Shown: positions 1-9,270 of the stretch, one piece after another
Position numbering within the stretch: position 1 is the first letter of the stretch
Layout: each line of letters begins with the position of its first letter
NCBI GenBank assembly: GCA_036676495.1
Contig: JAKFCT010000058.1
Coordinates: 1-51,748, forward strand
Direction: 5' to 3'
DNA: 51,748 nucleotides
From: Candidatus Sericytochromatia bacterium
GTDB lineage: Bacteria > Cyanobacteriota > Sericytochromatia > S15B-MN24 > UBA4093
The notes under the pieces: generated by a model
What the model was told of the DNA's origin: nothing
What the model saw: the letters and a program-made list of their open reading frames with translations, nothing else
The model's database searches: none
Made by a program: the position numbers and the translations under genes

Positions 1-41
1 TGTTGCAGACAAATCCCAAGGCCGGAGGCCGGGACGTGGCG

Positions 42-575
42 CTAGGCGCCTTCCTTTTGACGGCGAACCGCGTCGAGCGCGTACACCAGGTTCCTGGAGA
101 CGGCCGAGAGGACGGAAGCCAGGTTCTGCGGGGGAGCCTGGAGGCTGCCCAGCATGCGACCCAGCAGCTGCTCCTTGGAGGGCAGGTTGGCCAGGTCCTT
201 GACGCCGGCGACATCGAGAGCCTTGCCCTCGAGCACGCCGCCGCGGATCTTGACTTCAACCTTCCGCTTCTCCTTGGCGAAGTCCGTGAGGGCCTTCATC
301 GGAGTGACGGGGTCGTCGAAGCCGATCGCCAGAGCGGTGGGGCCCTTCAGGAACTGCTCGAGTTCCTTCCAGTTCTCCTGATCCTTGGCGACGAGCTTGA
401 TCAGCGTATTCTTAGCGACCGTGAGTTCGCCGCCAGCCTTCTGGATGCGGCGACGCAGGTCGGTGATCTCAGCGACGGTGAGACCGCGGTAGTCGGCGAC
501 AACGGCGACGGAAGCCTTACCAAAGGCTTCGCGCAGTTCGGCGACGCTGGTCTCCTTCTGAGTTTTAGTCGGCAT
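42..575 (-). CDS. rplJ: 50S ribosomal protein L10
   Basis: DYRGLTVAEITDLRR, KNTL, LKGPTALA, LANLPSKEQLL motifs; downstream of rplA; GGAGG RBS. Confidence 0.97.
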   Translation of the reverse strand: MPTKTQKETSVAELREAFGKASVAVVADYRGLTVAEITDLRRRIQKAGGELTVAKNTLIKLVAKDQENWKELEQFLKGPTALAIGFDDPVTPMKALTDFAKEKRKVEVKIRGGVLEGKALDVAGVKDLANLPSKEQLLGRMLGSLQAPPQNLASVLSAVSRNLVYALDAVRRQKEGA

Positions 576-616
576 AGTGTTTTCACCTCCTTGCCTTTGG
601 GATAAGTCCGCAACAC

Positions 617-749
617 GAAGGGCTCCCGCCCGGAGGTGGCGAGAGCCCTCCTGGATTTCTCAAGGAAATCGGAAGCTGGCTCGTCCGCTGCCTCGGTAGG
701 GGGATCGCTCCTTTAAGACTTCACGGGTGAAGTCCCCTACGGTCTTTGG
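617..749 (-). promoter_or_regulatory. L10 leader (rplJ autoregulatory RNA) plus downstream hairpin
   Basis: Minus strand CCAAAGACCGTAGG...TTAA...CCTACCGAGG (691-749) matches the L10-leader pattern; GC-rich stem at 617-650. Confidence 0.85.
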
Positions 750-872
750 TGACGGGGAAGTCTTCGGTTGTGGGGCCGCTCGCCCGGCGGACGAGCGGCT
801 AAGGTTTGCTAAAGGCTAGTTTAACACTTCGCCTCGCGTTTGGCTAGCCCTTTCGGGCCGGCCGTTTCAGGC

Positions 873-1586
873 TTAGGCCTGGACGGCAGTCAGCTCGCCG
901 AGCTTGCTGGTGTCGACCTTGATGCCGGGGCCCATCGTGGAGGTCACGTAGACGCTCTTGATGTAGGTGCCCTTGGCGGCCGCGGGCTTCGCCTTGTTGA
1001 TGGCGTCGACGAGGGCGCCGAAGTTCTGGGCGAGCTGCTCCGGGGTGAACGAGGCGCGGCCGATGGGCACGTGCACGATACCCTGCTTGTCAGCGCGGAA
1101 CTCGACCTTACCGGCCTTGAACTCGGTGACGGCCTTGCCCACGTCGAAGGTGACGGTGCCGGCCTTGGGGGAGGGCATCAGGCCGCGGGGGCCGAGCACC
1201 TTACCCACACGCCCGAGGGCGCCCATGATGTCGGGGGTGGCGATCAGAAGATCGAACTCCATCCAGCCTTCCTGGATCCGGGGGATGAGCTCCTCGGAGC
1301 CCACGACGTCGGCGCCGGCGGCCTCGGCCTCCTTGACCTTGTCGCCCTTGGCGATGACGGCCACGCGGACGGTCTTACCGGTACCGGCGGGCAGCGCCAC
1401 GGTCGAGCGGACCTGCTGGTCGGCGTGCTTGACGTTGATGCCGAGACGCATATGCGCTTCGACGGTCTCGTCGAACTTCGCGTTGGCGTTCTTCTTGACG
1501 AGATCCAGGCTCTCGCCGGGGGTGTAGGCCTTCTGGAGGTCGAGACCTTCCAGGAGCGCCTTCTGACGCTTGCTAAGCTTAGCCAT
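873..1586 (-). CDS. rplA: 50S ribosomal protein L1
   Basis: [29 protein letters not shown] motifs. Confidence 0.98.
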   Translation of the reverse strand: MAKLSKRQKALLEGLDLQKAYTPGESLDLVKKNANAKFDETVEAHMRLGINVKHADQQVRSTVALPAGTGKTVRVAVIAKGDKVKEAEAAGADVVGSEELIPRIQEGWMEFDLLIATPDIMGALGRVGKVLGPRGLMPSPKAGTVTFDVGKAVTEFKAGKVEFRADKQGIVHVPIGRASFTPEQLAQNFGALVDAINKAKPAAAKGTYIKSVYVTSTMGPGIKVDTSKLGELTAVQA

Positions 1587-1596
1587 ATTCTCCTCC

Positions 1597-1627
1597 TGTG
1601 GTCATGCGGGGCGACGCCCCTCCCACA
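1597..1627 (-). promoter_or_regulatory. Putative L1-binding mRNA site between rplK and rplA
   Basis: TGTGGGAG-GGGCGTCGCCCC-GCATGACCACA hairpin immediately before the rplA RBS. Confidence 0.7.
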
Positions 1628-1639
1628 TGGTGTTGAGTC

Positions 1640-2065
1640 TTACTCGGTGACGGTGACGCCCATGGAGCGGGCGGTGCCTGCGACCTGGACCATAGCGGCC
1701 TCGATGTTGGTCGAGTTGAGGTCGGGCATCTTGGTTTCGGCGATCTCGCGGACCTGAGCCATCGTGATCGTGCCCACCTTCTGCGAGTTGGGCTTGCCGG
1801 AACCGCTGGTGACGCCGGCGGCCTTCTTGATCAGCTCGGACGCGGGAGGGGTCTTGAGGACGAACGTGAACGAGCGATCCTCGTAGACCGTGATCTCGAC
1901 GGGGATGACCTGGCCGGCCTTCTCGGTGGTCTGCGCATTGTACTGCTTGCAGAACTCCATGATGTTGACGCCGTGCTGACCCAGCGCGGGACCGACCGGG
2001 GGCGCGGGGTTGGCCTTGCCGCCGACGAGCGCCAACTTGATGAGCGCGGTAACCTTCTTAGCCAT
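1640..2065 (-). CDS. rplK: 50S ribosomal protein L11
   Basis: [30 protein letters not shown] motifs. Confidence 0.98.
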   Translation of the reverse strand: MAKKVTALIKLALVGGKANPAPPVGPALGQHGVNIMEFCKQYNAQTTEKAGQVIPVEITVYEDRSFTFVLKTPPASELIKKAAGVTSGSGKPNSQKVGTITMAQVREIAETKMPDLNSTNIEAAMVQVAGTARSMGVTVTE

Positions 2066-2093
2066 GATGGATTTTCACCTCCTTCTTTCGGGA

Positions 2094-2615
2094 TTAGACT
2101 TTTTGAACCTGGGCGAACTCCAGCTCCACCGGGGTGGCGCGGCCGAAGATCGACACGGAAACCTTGAGCTTGCCCTTCTCGGGGTTGATCTCGATGATGT
2201 CGCCCGAGAAATCGGCGAAGGGACCGCCGATGACCTTGACGTGTTCTCCGACGTGAAGGTCGATCGCCACGCGGGTCTTGGTCGCGGCGCGCTTGAAGAT
2301 CTTGCGCACTTCGCGATCCGAAAGCGGGGTGGGCTTGGTGGCGGAACCGACGAACGAGGTGACGCCCGGGGTGTTGCGCACCACGTGCCACGAATCCTCA
2401 TCCATCTCCATCTCGACGAGCACGTAGCCCGGGAAGACCTTGCGGGGCTTTTCCTGCCGCTTGCCTTCCTTGATCTCGACCACCGTCTCCTCGGGGACTT
2501 CGACGTGGAAGATCTTATCGGTCATCCCCATCGACTCGGCGCGGCGAAGGATGTTCTCCTTGACCTTGCTCTCGTACCCGGAGTAGGTGTTGACGACGTA
2601 CCATTTTCTGCTCAT
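2094..2615 (-). CDS. nusG: Transcription termination/antitermination factor NusG
   Basis: [41 protein letters not shown]. Confidence 0.98.
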   Translation of the reverse strand: MSRKWYVVNTYSGYESKVKENILRRAESMGMTDKIFHVEVPEETVVEIKEGKRQEKPRKVFPGYVLVEMEMDEDSWHVVRNTPGVTSFVGSATKPTPLSDREVRKIFKRAATKTRVAIDLHVGEHVKVIGGPFADFSGDIIEINPEKGKLKVSVSIFGRATPVELEFAQVQKV

Positions 2616-2648
2616 GGCTACCTGCTGTGTTGTTTCTGTGATCGGGCC

Positions 2649-2954
2649 CTAGACGAGGAAGCGGTTGGAGATCTGGGTGAAGACCCAGTCAAAGCCCATG
2701 ACGAGCCCCGTCAGGAAGGCCACCACGATCAGCACCACGATGGTCTCGGTGACGACCATCTGGCGGGTGGGCCAGCTGATCTTCCGGAACTCGGTGCGGA
2801 CCTCGGCGAAGAAGCGCTGCGCCCCCTGGAGGGGACCGAGGCTCAACGCGAGACCGCCGCCCTTCAGGGACAGCGCGCTATCGCGCTCGTCTTGCTCCTG
2901 ATCCGCCGCCGGCTCCTCGTGATTCGGGTTGGAAGCGGAAATCTTCTCGCTCAA
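2649..2954 (-). CDS. secE: Preprotein translocase subunit SecE
   Basis: EFRKISWPTR motif followed by one TM helix; position upstream of nusG; TTG start uncertain. Confidence 0.92.
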   Translation of the reverse strand: MSEKISASNPNHEEPAADQEQDERDSALSLKGGGLALSLGPLQGAQRFFAEVRTEFRKISWPTRQMVVTETIVVLIVVAFLTGLVMGFDWVFTQISNRFLV

Positions 2955-3066
2955 TCGGGACCTCTTCCGGCTGGACCGGACCCTCTAATTCAACGGCCCA
3001 CCCCCGGGGGACCAACCCACGTTCCACTGGGGCTGGCGGGGAGGTGGACCGTTTCGTTCCGAAAAA

Positions 3067-3142
3067 TGGCGCGGCCTGTAGGACTCGAACCCACGACATG
3101 CGGTTTTGGAGACCGCCGTTCTACCAACTGAACTAAGGCCGC
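3067..3142 (-). tRNA. tRNA-Trp (CCA)
   Basis: GCGGCCT...anticodon loop CT-CCA-AA...GTTCGAGTCC...AGGCCGC-G-CCA cloverleaf, 76 nt; canonical position before secE. Confidence 0.97.
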
Positions 3143-3154
3143 AAACCTTACAAA

Positions 3155-3304
3155 CTACTTGGTCTCGCGGTGATCGCGGACGACCTTGCACCGGGGGCAG
3201 AACTTCTTCAGCTCAAGACGATCGGGATCGTTCTTCTTGTTCTTGTTGGTGACGTAGTTCCGCTCCTTGCACTCGGTGCAAGCCAAGGTGATGATGACGC
3301 GCAT
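3155..3304 (-). CDS. rpmG: 50S ribosomal protein L33 (Zn-ribbon type), absent from the ORF track
   Basis: Manual translation [49 protein letters not shown] (49 aa) with two CxxC pairs. Confidence 0.97.
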   Translation of the reverse strand: MRVIITLACTECKERNYVTNKNKKNDPDRLELKKFCPRCKVVRDHRETK

Positions 3305-3401
3305 GGGATCTCGCTTCCTTTCCTACCGGCCCGCGGGTAATCAGAAGCGTCCCTGGGCCCAAAAATTTCTTAAACGGTCGATAACCGTCTCGCAACAATA
3401 G

Positions 3402-3430
3402 AAACTATCATAGCGCCGAGCCCGTGTCAA
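3402..3430 (-). promoter_or_regulatory. Sigma70-type promoter for the rpmG operon
   Basis: TTGACA-17 nt-TAGTTT with TGn extension. Confidence 0.65.
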
Positions 3431-3635
3431 CACGCTTGTACGCTTTTCTTCGGGCGCAGCTTCCGTAGTATACCTCATAGCCGCCCCCATGGGAGCCCAT
3501 GCGCCCCCCTTTTCCGAGCGCCGGCCGCAACGCCCCGTCCTCCGCCGCGCCTTGCCTTCCCGGCCCCCTTTAAGGTAGGATCGTCGCGCCTCCCCGCCCG
3601 TCGCGCCCGTCGCGAAGACCCGCCTGAGGATCGCC

Positions 3636-4568
3636 ATGACGCCCCAGCTCTCCGTCGTCGTCACCACCTACAACCGCGCCGCGATCCTCGCCAAGTGCCT
3701 CGACGCCCTCCTGCACCAGGAAGGCGATCCGTCCTACGAGGTCCTGGTGGTCGATGACGGCTCCACCGACGAGACCCCGGCCATGCTCGACGCCCTCATG
3801 GCCGAGCATCCCCGCCTGCGGGTCTACCGCCAGCCCAACGGGGGGCGCGCCGCCGCCCGCAACGCGGGCATCCGCGAGGCCCGCGGAGAGTACCTTTGCT
3901 ACGTCGACTCCGACGTCTTCGTCGCGCCGGGCTTCGTCAAGGCCCACCTCGACGCCCATGCCGCCTTCCAGCAGAAGCGCGCAGCGGGCAAGGCCGGCCG
4001 GTTCAAGGACTGCTTCGTCCAGGGGCTCTCCGTGAACATCTCCCGCCTGGAGGACGCCTACCGGGTCAAGGTCTTCGACCCCTCGCGGGCCTTCTTCGAC
4101 ACCAAGAACGTCTCCCTGAAGCGCGCATGGCTCCAGGAGCTGGGCGGCTTCGACACGGGCTTCGTCGAATACGGCTGGGAGGACCTGGAGCTGGGCGTGC
4201 GCCTCAAGGAGCGCGGGGTCACGATCGTGCGCGCGCGCGACGCCTATGGCTTCCACTTCCACCCCGCCTTCACCGTGGACGACCTGCCCAAGCTGCGGCG
4301 CATCGAAGAGGAGCGGGGCCGCATGGCCGCACGCTTCTACCGCCTGCGCCCGACCTGGGAGGTACGGATGATGATCCAGCTCACGCCGCTGCACGACGTC
4401 CTCAACGCGATCGCCACCTGGGGCGGCCTCTTGGACGAGACCAAGCTGCGCGGCGTCTTCGCCTGGCTGGAGCGCCGCGACAAGGCCTGGTGGGCCGGCC
4501 AGTGGGCCCAGATCGTCCTCAACCAGTACAACCTCCGCGAGCTGCACCGCGCCCTGCGCGACGCCTAG
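3636..4568 (+). CDS. Glycosyltransferase family 2
   Basis: SVVVTTYNR, VVDDGSTD, AARNAG, DSD, GGFD..F..YGWEDLELG motifs. Confidence 0.92.
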   Translation: MTPQLSVVVTTYNRAAILAKCLDALLHQEGDPSYEVLVVDDGSTDETPAMLDALMAEHPRLRVYRQPNGGRAAARNAGIREARGEYLCYVDSDVFVAPGFVKAHLDAHAAFQQKRAAGKAGRFKDCFVQGLSVNISRLEDAYRVKVFDPSRAFFDTKNVSLKRAWLQELGGFDTGFVEYGWEDLELGVRLKERGVTIVRARDAYGFHFHPAFTVDDLPKLRRIEEERGRMAARFYRLRPTWEVRMMIQLTPLHDVLNAIATWGGLLDETKLRGVFAWLERRDKAWWAGQWAQIVLNQYNLRELHRALRDA

Positions 4569-4743
4569 CCACCAGGCGACCGCGACCCTCGCTCGATAGC
4601 TCGCCAGCCGAGCATCTTCGCCGCGCGATCCCCCCCGGCGCCCGGCGGCACAACCGTAGGCCGCTCGGTATGGCGGCGAAACTCCGGTCGTTTCGCCGTG
4701 GGCTCCCCCGCCCGCCAACGGCTACCTTTGAGCTACTAGCGCT

Positions 4744-4787
4744 CGCGGCTGTTGCGAAAGGCAGCGAAGCTGACCTGAAGCAACGAA
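4744..4787. repeat. 44-bp hairpin repeat, family B, copy 1
   Basis: 40/44 identical to 45993-46036; nested stems GTTGC/GCAAC, AGG/CCT, CAGC-GAA-GCTG. Confidence 0.85.
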
Positions 4788-4952
4788 AGCTAGTAATCGT
4801 GGCTCTTGCAAAGGCAGCGAGCGTTAACCGAGAACCATTGGGTTCGAGGCTGAGAGTCAAAGTTCGCTGTCCTGCAGCAACAACGATCGCTCTAGAGAGT
4901 CACAGCGGGAAGCGCTCGGCTTCCGATCGCTTAGCTTCAAGGAGGGTGCTGC

Positions 4953-5705
4953 ATGCTCCGGAAGGGACGCCGCGGGGTCACGGTGGGGGTCGCGCTCTTG
5001 CTCTTGGCGGGGTGCGGCACGGACTTTCTCAACCGCAAGTCGGATTTCCGCGCCCCCGCAGGCGGGAAGACGACCGAGCTGACGTTCGAGGATCCCCAGC
5101 AGCTCTCCCAGTTCGACAACCCGGCCGTCAAGGAGCCCGCGGGCTTCACGCCGGGGGACTGGAAGGTCGAGGGGGGCGCCCTCAAGCAGGTGATGGGCAT
5201 GACCAACAACACGGCCAACCACCTGAGGTACAAGGGCGACGCCTTCGGGCGCGGCGACGGCCAAGCGGGCCTGCGCTACCGCGTGGACGTCGACGCCTCC
5301 GCCTACAAGGAGGCCGATCACCCGCAGGTCCACGGCTACCCCACCGGCGTCCTCAACCTGATGCCCTACTACCAGGACCCCACCCACTACGTCATGCTCG
5401 TCGCCAAGAAGCAGACCGTGGAGGCCTGGGTGGCCGACGGCCAGCGCCCCGCCTCGATGGCATGGCCCGACACCAACAAGCTCTGGGGCATGTGGCTAAG
5501 AGAGCCCATCGCGGTCGGCACGGTCTTCCGGCTCGGAGCCGAGGTCGACGTCGAGGCCAAGAAGCTGCGCATCTACGTCAACGACGAACTCAAGGCCGAG
5601 CGCGAGGTCCCCATGATGAACGCCGCCACCCCCCACTGGGTGGCCCTGGGAGCCAACGGCAACTATGCCCAGTACGACAACCTCAAGCTGCAATGGCTGA
5701 AGTAG
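4953..5705 (+). CDS. Hypothetical lipoprotein, probable beta-sandwich (ConA/lectin-like), paralog 1
   Basis: Lipobox LLAGC after basic+hydrophobic N-terminus; GGAGG RBS; shares motifs with the next gene. Confidence 0.75.
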   Translation: MLRKGRRGVTVGVALLLLAGCGTDFLNRKSDFRAPAGGKTTELTFEDPQQLSQFDNPAVKEPAGFTPGDWKVEGGALKQVMGMTNNTANHLRYKGDAFGRGDGQAGLRYRVDVDASAYKEADHPQVHGYPTGVLNLMPYYQDPTHYVMLVAKKQTVEAWVADGQRPASMAWPDTNKLWGMWLREPIAVGTVFRLGAEVDVEAKKLRIYVNDELKAEREVPMMNAATPHWVALGANGNYAQYDNLKLQWLK

Positions 5706-5739
5706 CGCGAGGCTCCCTTTGGGTTCGAGGAGGTCGGCC

Positions 5740-6576
5740 GTGAGGAAAGTTACGCCCCTGCCCCTGCTCCTGGGGCTTGCGATTGGCTGCACGCCGGCAG
5801 GCGGAGGCGGCGGCCCCGGCTCCGCCCCCCAGCCCGGCTCGAGCCCCGTCACCTACACCGGAGATCCCCAGAGCCTGCCTCCGGGGCCTCCCCTGGGCAA
5901 TGCCACCCTGGTCGCCACGATCGACTTCGACGCGCCCGCCCCCTTCAGCGACCCGATCCCCGAGGCCGCCCGGGCCAACAACTTCACCGCCGGGGACTGG
6001 CAAGTCGCGGACGGGCGCTACCAGCAAGACGCCGAAGCCTCCAGCACCACGCTCTCGGTCCGCAAGTACACGGGCAACGCCTTCAGTCCGGGCGGGCGCC
6101 TACCCTCGAAGTACCGCGTCGAGACGGCGGCCTGGCAGTACCGCTGGGTCGGCGTCGATCAGGCGAAGAACCCCGGCAAGCTCTTCTTGATCCCCTACTG
6201 GCGCGACGAGCAATCGTACGTGATCGTCTCGGCCTCCCCGACCGTCGCGGAGGCCTGGACCGCCAACGGGGTCTACCCGGGCCGCCCATGGCCCAACGAG
6301 CTCAAGATCTGGCGCACGGAATGGAAGGAGCCCCGCCTCGTGGGGCAGGCCCTCAACCTCGCGGCCGACGTCGACGCCGACGCCGGGACCCTCACCCTCT
6401 ACCTCAACGGCGAGCCGCAGGGCACGTTCGCGCGCAGCTTCATCACCAACGCTCCGCATAGCTTCGCGCTGGCCAGCAACGGCAATCAGGTCCGTTACGA
6501 CTGGGTCAAGCTGTACCGGCTTCCGGGGGCCTCGGACGCCCCGAGTGGCGCTCCGGCCGCCGCTCCCGCCAACTAG
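5740..6576 (+). CDS. Hypothetical lipoprotein, paralog 2
   Basis: GTG at 5740 after GAGGAGG; lipobox LAIGC; shared FT.GDW.V, PY..D, EAW.A.G, PH..AL..NGN..YD motifs. Confidence 0.75.
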   Translation: MRKVTPLPLLLGLAIGCTPAGGGGGPGSAPQPGSSPVTYTGDPQSLPPGPPLGNATLVATIDFDAPAPFSDPIPEAARANNFTAGDWQVADGRYQQDAEASSTTLSVRKYTGNAFSPGGRLPSKYRVETAAWQYRWVGVDQAKNPGKLFLIPYWRDEQSYVIVSASPTVAEAWTANGVYPGRPWPNELKIWRTEWKEPRLVGQALNLAADVDADAGTLTLYLNGEPQGTFARSFITNAPHSFALASNGNQVRYDWVKLYRLPGASDAPSGAPAAAPAN

Positions 6577-6614
6577 TGCTATCATGGGCAAAATCCGTCA
6601 AAGTGAGGACCAGC

Positions 6615-7676
6615 ATGACCGGCATGAACTCCATCTTCGAGACCCTGGCGCAGCGCTTCCGCGCAGGAACGCTCACGGCCGCCTCCAACCGCCTCTCGGG
6701 CGGGGTCGCTTGCCCTGAGCCCCATGAGATCGCGCGCATGCCCGAGCGCGGCACCGAGGCCTACCAAACGCTCTGGCGCCTCGGCCGGGAGGCCCTGGAG
6801 CGCGGGGAGCTGGGAGCCGTCATCCTCTCTGGAGGCATGGCCACCCGCTTCAACTACGCGCTGCCCAAGGGCTGCTTCCCGATCTTCGAGTCCCAGAGCT
6901 TCCTGGAGCTGAAAGTTCGCTGGATCCGCCAGGCGGCGCCCCGCATGCCCATCTACGTCATGACCTCCTTCGCCACCGACGAGGCCGTCCGGAAGCACTT
7001 CGCCGAGCACGCCGACTTCGGCTGCGAGGAGGGGCAGGTCCGCTTCTTCACGCAGTACCGCTTCCCGCGGCTGCGCCCCGACGGCAGCCTGTTCCAGTCC
7101 CCCGACGGCTCCGAGGACTTCGCCGCTCCCGGACACGGGGACTTCCCCGAGGCGATCGCCGCCTGCGGCATCCTCGACGAGTTCCTCGCCCAGGGCGGCA
7201 AGTACCTGCTCTTCTCCAACGTCGACAACCTCGGCGCCACCGTCGACCTCGCCATCGTCGGCTGGCACGTCCAGCAAGGGCATGAAATGACCGTCGAGGT
7301 CGCCGCCAAAGCCCCTGGAGACAAAGGGGGCGCTCCCGCGCGCGTCAACGGCAGGCTGCAGCTCGTCGAGGGCTTCGCCTTCCCCGCGGACTTCGACCAG
7401 GACTCCATCCCCGTCTTCAACACCGCCACCTACGTCTTCTCCGCGGACGCCCTCAAGCGCCCCTGCGACCTTCCCTGGTACGTCGTCGACAAGAAGGTCG
7501 ACGGAGAAACCGTGATCCAGTTCGAGCACCTGGCCGGAGACCTCTCCTGCCACCTCTCCTCGGGCTACCTCGAGATCGATCGCGACGAACGCTTCATCCC
7601 CGTGAAGAGCCAGTCCGACGTCCCCGAAGCCCAAGGCAAGATCCGCCAGAAACTCGGCCGCATGGCCTCCGTCTGA
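6615..7676 (+). CDS. UTP--sugar-1-phosphate uridylyltransferase (UDPGP/UAP family)
   Basis: LSGGMATR..PKG, MTSF.T, PGHGD, SNVDNLGA, DKGG, F.PVK motifs; start placed at ATG 6615 after GAGGA. Confidence 0.88.
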   Translation: MTGMNSIFETLAQRFRAGTLTAASNRLSGGVACPEPHEIARMPERGTEAYQTLWRLGREALERGELGAVILSGGMATRFNYALPKGCFPIFESQSFLELKVRWIRQAAPRMPIYVMTSFATDEAVRKHFAEHADFGCEEGQVRFFTQYRFPRLRPDGSLFQSPDGSEDFAAPGHGDFPEAIAACGILDEFLAQGGKYLLFSNVDNLGATVDLAIVGWHVQQGHEMTVEVAAKAPGDKGGAPARVNGRLQLVEGFAFPADFDQDSIPVFNTATYVFSADALKRPCDLPWYVVDKKVDGETVIQFEHLAGDLSCHLSSGYLEIDRDERFIPVKSQSDVPEAQGKIRQKLGRMASV

Positions 7677-7681
7677 GCCGT

Positions 7682-7731
7682 ATTCAACGCGACGGGCCGC
7701 CTCCAGCTGGAGGCGGCCCGTCGCGTTGAAT
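7682..7731. repeat. Perfect 50-bp palindrome between convergent genes (possible bidirectional terminator)
   Basis: ATTCAACGCGACGGGCCGCCTCCAG followed directly by its exact reverse complement. Confidence 0.9.
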
Positions 7732-7734
7732 CCG

Positions 7735-9084
7735 TTAGCGCGCGAGTTCGAGCGGGACGGCCGTCTTGACCAGCTCGCCCCTCAGGGTGAACGGACGCGC
7801 CTCGGTGATCTCCACCTTGACGATCTGCCCCTCGAGGTCGGGAGTGCCCGGGAAGAAGCACTGCTTGTTGCCGCGCGTGCGGCCCATGAAGACCTCGGGG
7901 TTCTTGCTGGAGGGCCCTTCGACCAGGACCTCCTGATGCGTGCCCACGAGCCGGCGGTTGCGGCGGTAGGCCACCTCGGTGGTCAACTCGTTGAGGCGGC
8001 GCAGGCGCTCGGCCTTCACCTCGTCGCTGAGCTGGTCCTCGCGCTTGCCCGCAGGCGTCCAGGGACGAATCGAGTAGGAGGCCGTGTTATTGGAGTCGAA
8101 CTCGATCTCGTCGACGATCTTCAGCGTCTCCGCGAAGTCCTCCTCGGTCTCCCCCGGGAAGCCCACGATCAGATCCCCCGAGATGGTGGCATCCGGAATG
8201 TAGCGCCGGATCATGGCGACCTTCTCACGGTACTGATCGACCGTGTAGAGGCGCTTCATCTCGGCGAGCACCTTGTCGGACCCCGCCTGGATCGGGAAGT
8301 GGAAGTACTCCATGACGTTGGGGAGCTCGGCGACGGTGGCCACCAGCTCCTCGGTCATGTCGAGCGGGTGAGAGGTGAGGAAGCGGACGCGCTCCACGCC
8401 CGGGATGGCCGCGACGAGGCGCAGCAGGGCCGCCAGCGTGGTCTTCTCGCTCTCGGGAAGGTCGAGGCCGTACTTGTCGACCGTCTGGCCCAGGAGCGTG
8501 AACTCCTTGAAGCCCTCGGCGACGAGTTCGGAGATTTCCTTGGCGATCGCCTCCGGACGGCGGCTCTGGTAAGGCCCTCGCGTGTACGGGACGATGCAGT
8601 AGGTGCAGAAGTACGAGCAGCCGTAGATGATCGGCACCCAGGCGTGATACTTGCCCTCGCGCATGGTCGGCAGATCGTCCGGGATCGGAGCCTTGAGGTT
8701 GCCGATTCGCGTGATCGGCAGCCCGGTATTGGCCACCTCCTCGATCAGCTCCGGCAGGTCGTGGAAGTTATGGGTGCCGACCACCAGATCGACGTAAGGC
8801 GCCCGCTTCCGGACTTTATCCTTCTCCTGCTGGGCCACGCAGCCGGTCACGCCGATCAATGTGCCCGGCTTCTCCTGCTTGAGCTGGTTCCACTGGCCGA
8901 GGAGGCTGAAAAGCTTCTCCTCGCCCCGCTCCCGGATGGAGCAGGTATTGACGAGGAGGACGTCGGCCTCCGCTTCATCGTCGGTCAGCTGGTAGCCCTT
9001 GGCGGCCATCAGCCCGACCATCTTCTCGGAGTCGGACATGTTCATCTGGCAGCCGTAAGTCTTCACGTAGAGGCGCTTGGTCAT
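7735..9084 (-). CDS. miaB: tRNA methylthiotransferase MiaB
   Basis: TYGCQMN, NTCSIRE, GCVAQ, radical-SAM CSYFCTYC, C-terminal TRAM; start placed at ATG 9084. Confidence 0.95.
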   Translation of the reverse strand: MTKRLYVKTYGCQMNMSDSEKMVGLMAAKGYQLTDDEAEADVLLVNTCSIRERGEEKLFSLLGQWNQLKQEKPGTLIGVTGCVAQQEKDKVRKRAPYVDLVVGTHNFHDLPELIEEVANTGLPITRIGNLKAPIPDDLPTMREGKYHAWVPIIYGCSYFCTYCIVPYTRGPYQSRRPEAIAKEISELVAEGFKEFTLLGQTVDKYGLDLPESEKTTLAALLRLVAAIPGVERVRFLTSHPLDMTEELVATVAELPNVMEYFHFPIQAGSDKVLAEMKRLYTVDQYREKVAMIRRYIPDATISGDLIVGFPGETEEDFAETLKIVDEIEFDSNNTASYSIRPWTPAGKREDQLSDEVKAERLRRLNELTTEVAYRRNRRLVGTHQEVLVEGPSSKNPEVFMGRTRGNKQCFFPGTPDLEGQIVKVEITEARPFTLRGELVKTAVPLELAR

Positions 9085-9177
9085 CCTTGAACCTTCTTCA
9101 TCATGGGGCCGAGAAAAGCCCCCGCATGGCATTTGACTAGTTTATCACGCCTGTACCGGGCGAGAGGCGCCATCCGT

Positions 9178-9243
9178 CACTCCCGCTCCCCCCCCGTCAT
9201 CCCCGTGACAACGGGGACCTGTGGACTCCCGCTTTCGCGGGAA
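9178..9243. repeat. REP/dRS3-like palindromic repeat, family A, truncated copy
   Basis: CCCGTCATCCCCGTG.CAACGGGGACCTGTGGA.TCCCGCTT.CGCGGGAA shared with 17252-17340. Confidence 0.85.
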
Positions 9244-9270
9244 GCCCGGATTCAGGTATGCGTGCGTAAG

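Noticed and set aside
4744-4787. Family-B hairpin as an integron attC site
   Set aside because: Arms run GTT...AAC rather than RYYYAAC...GTTRRRY; no cassette array or integrase.
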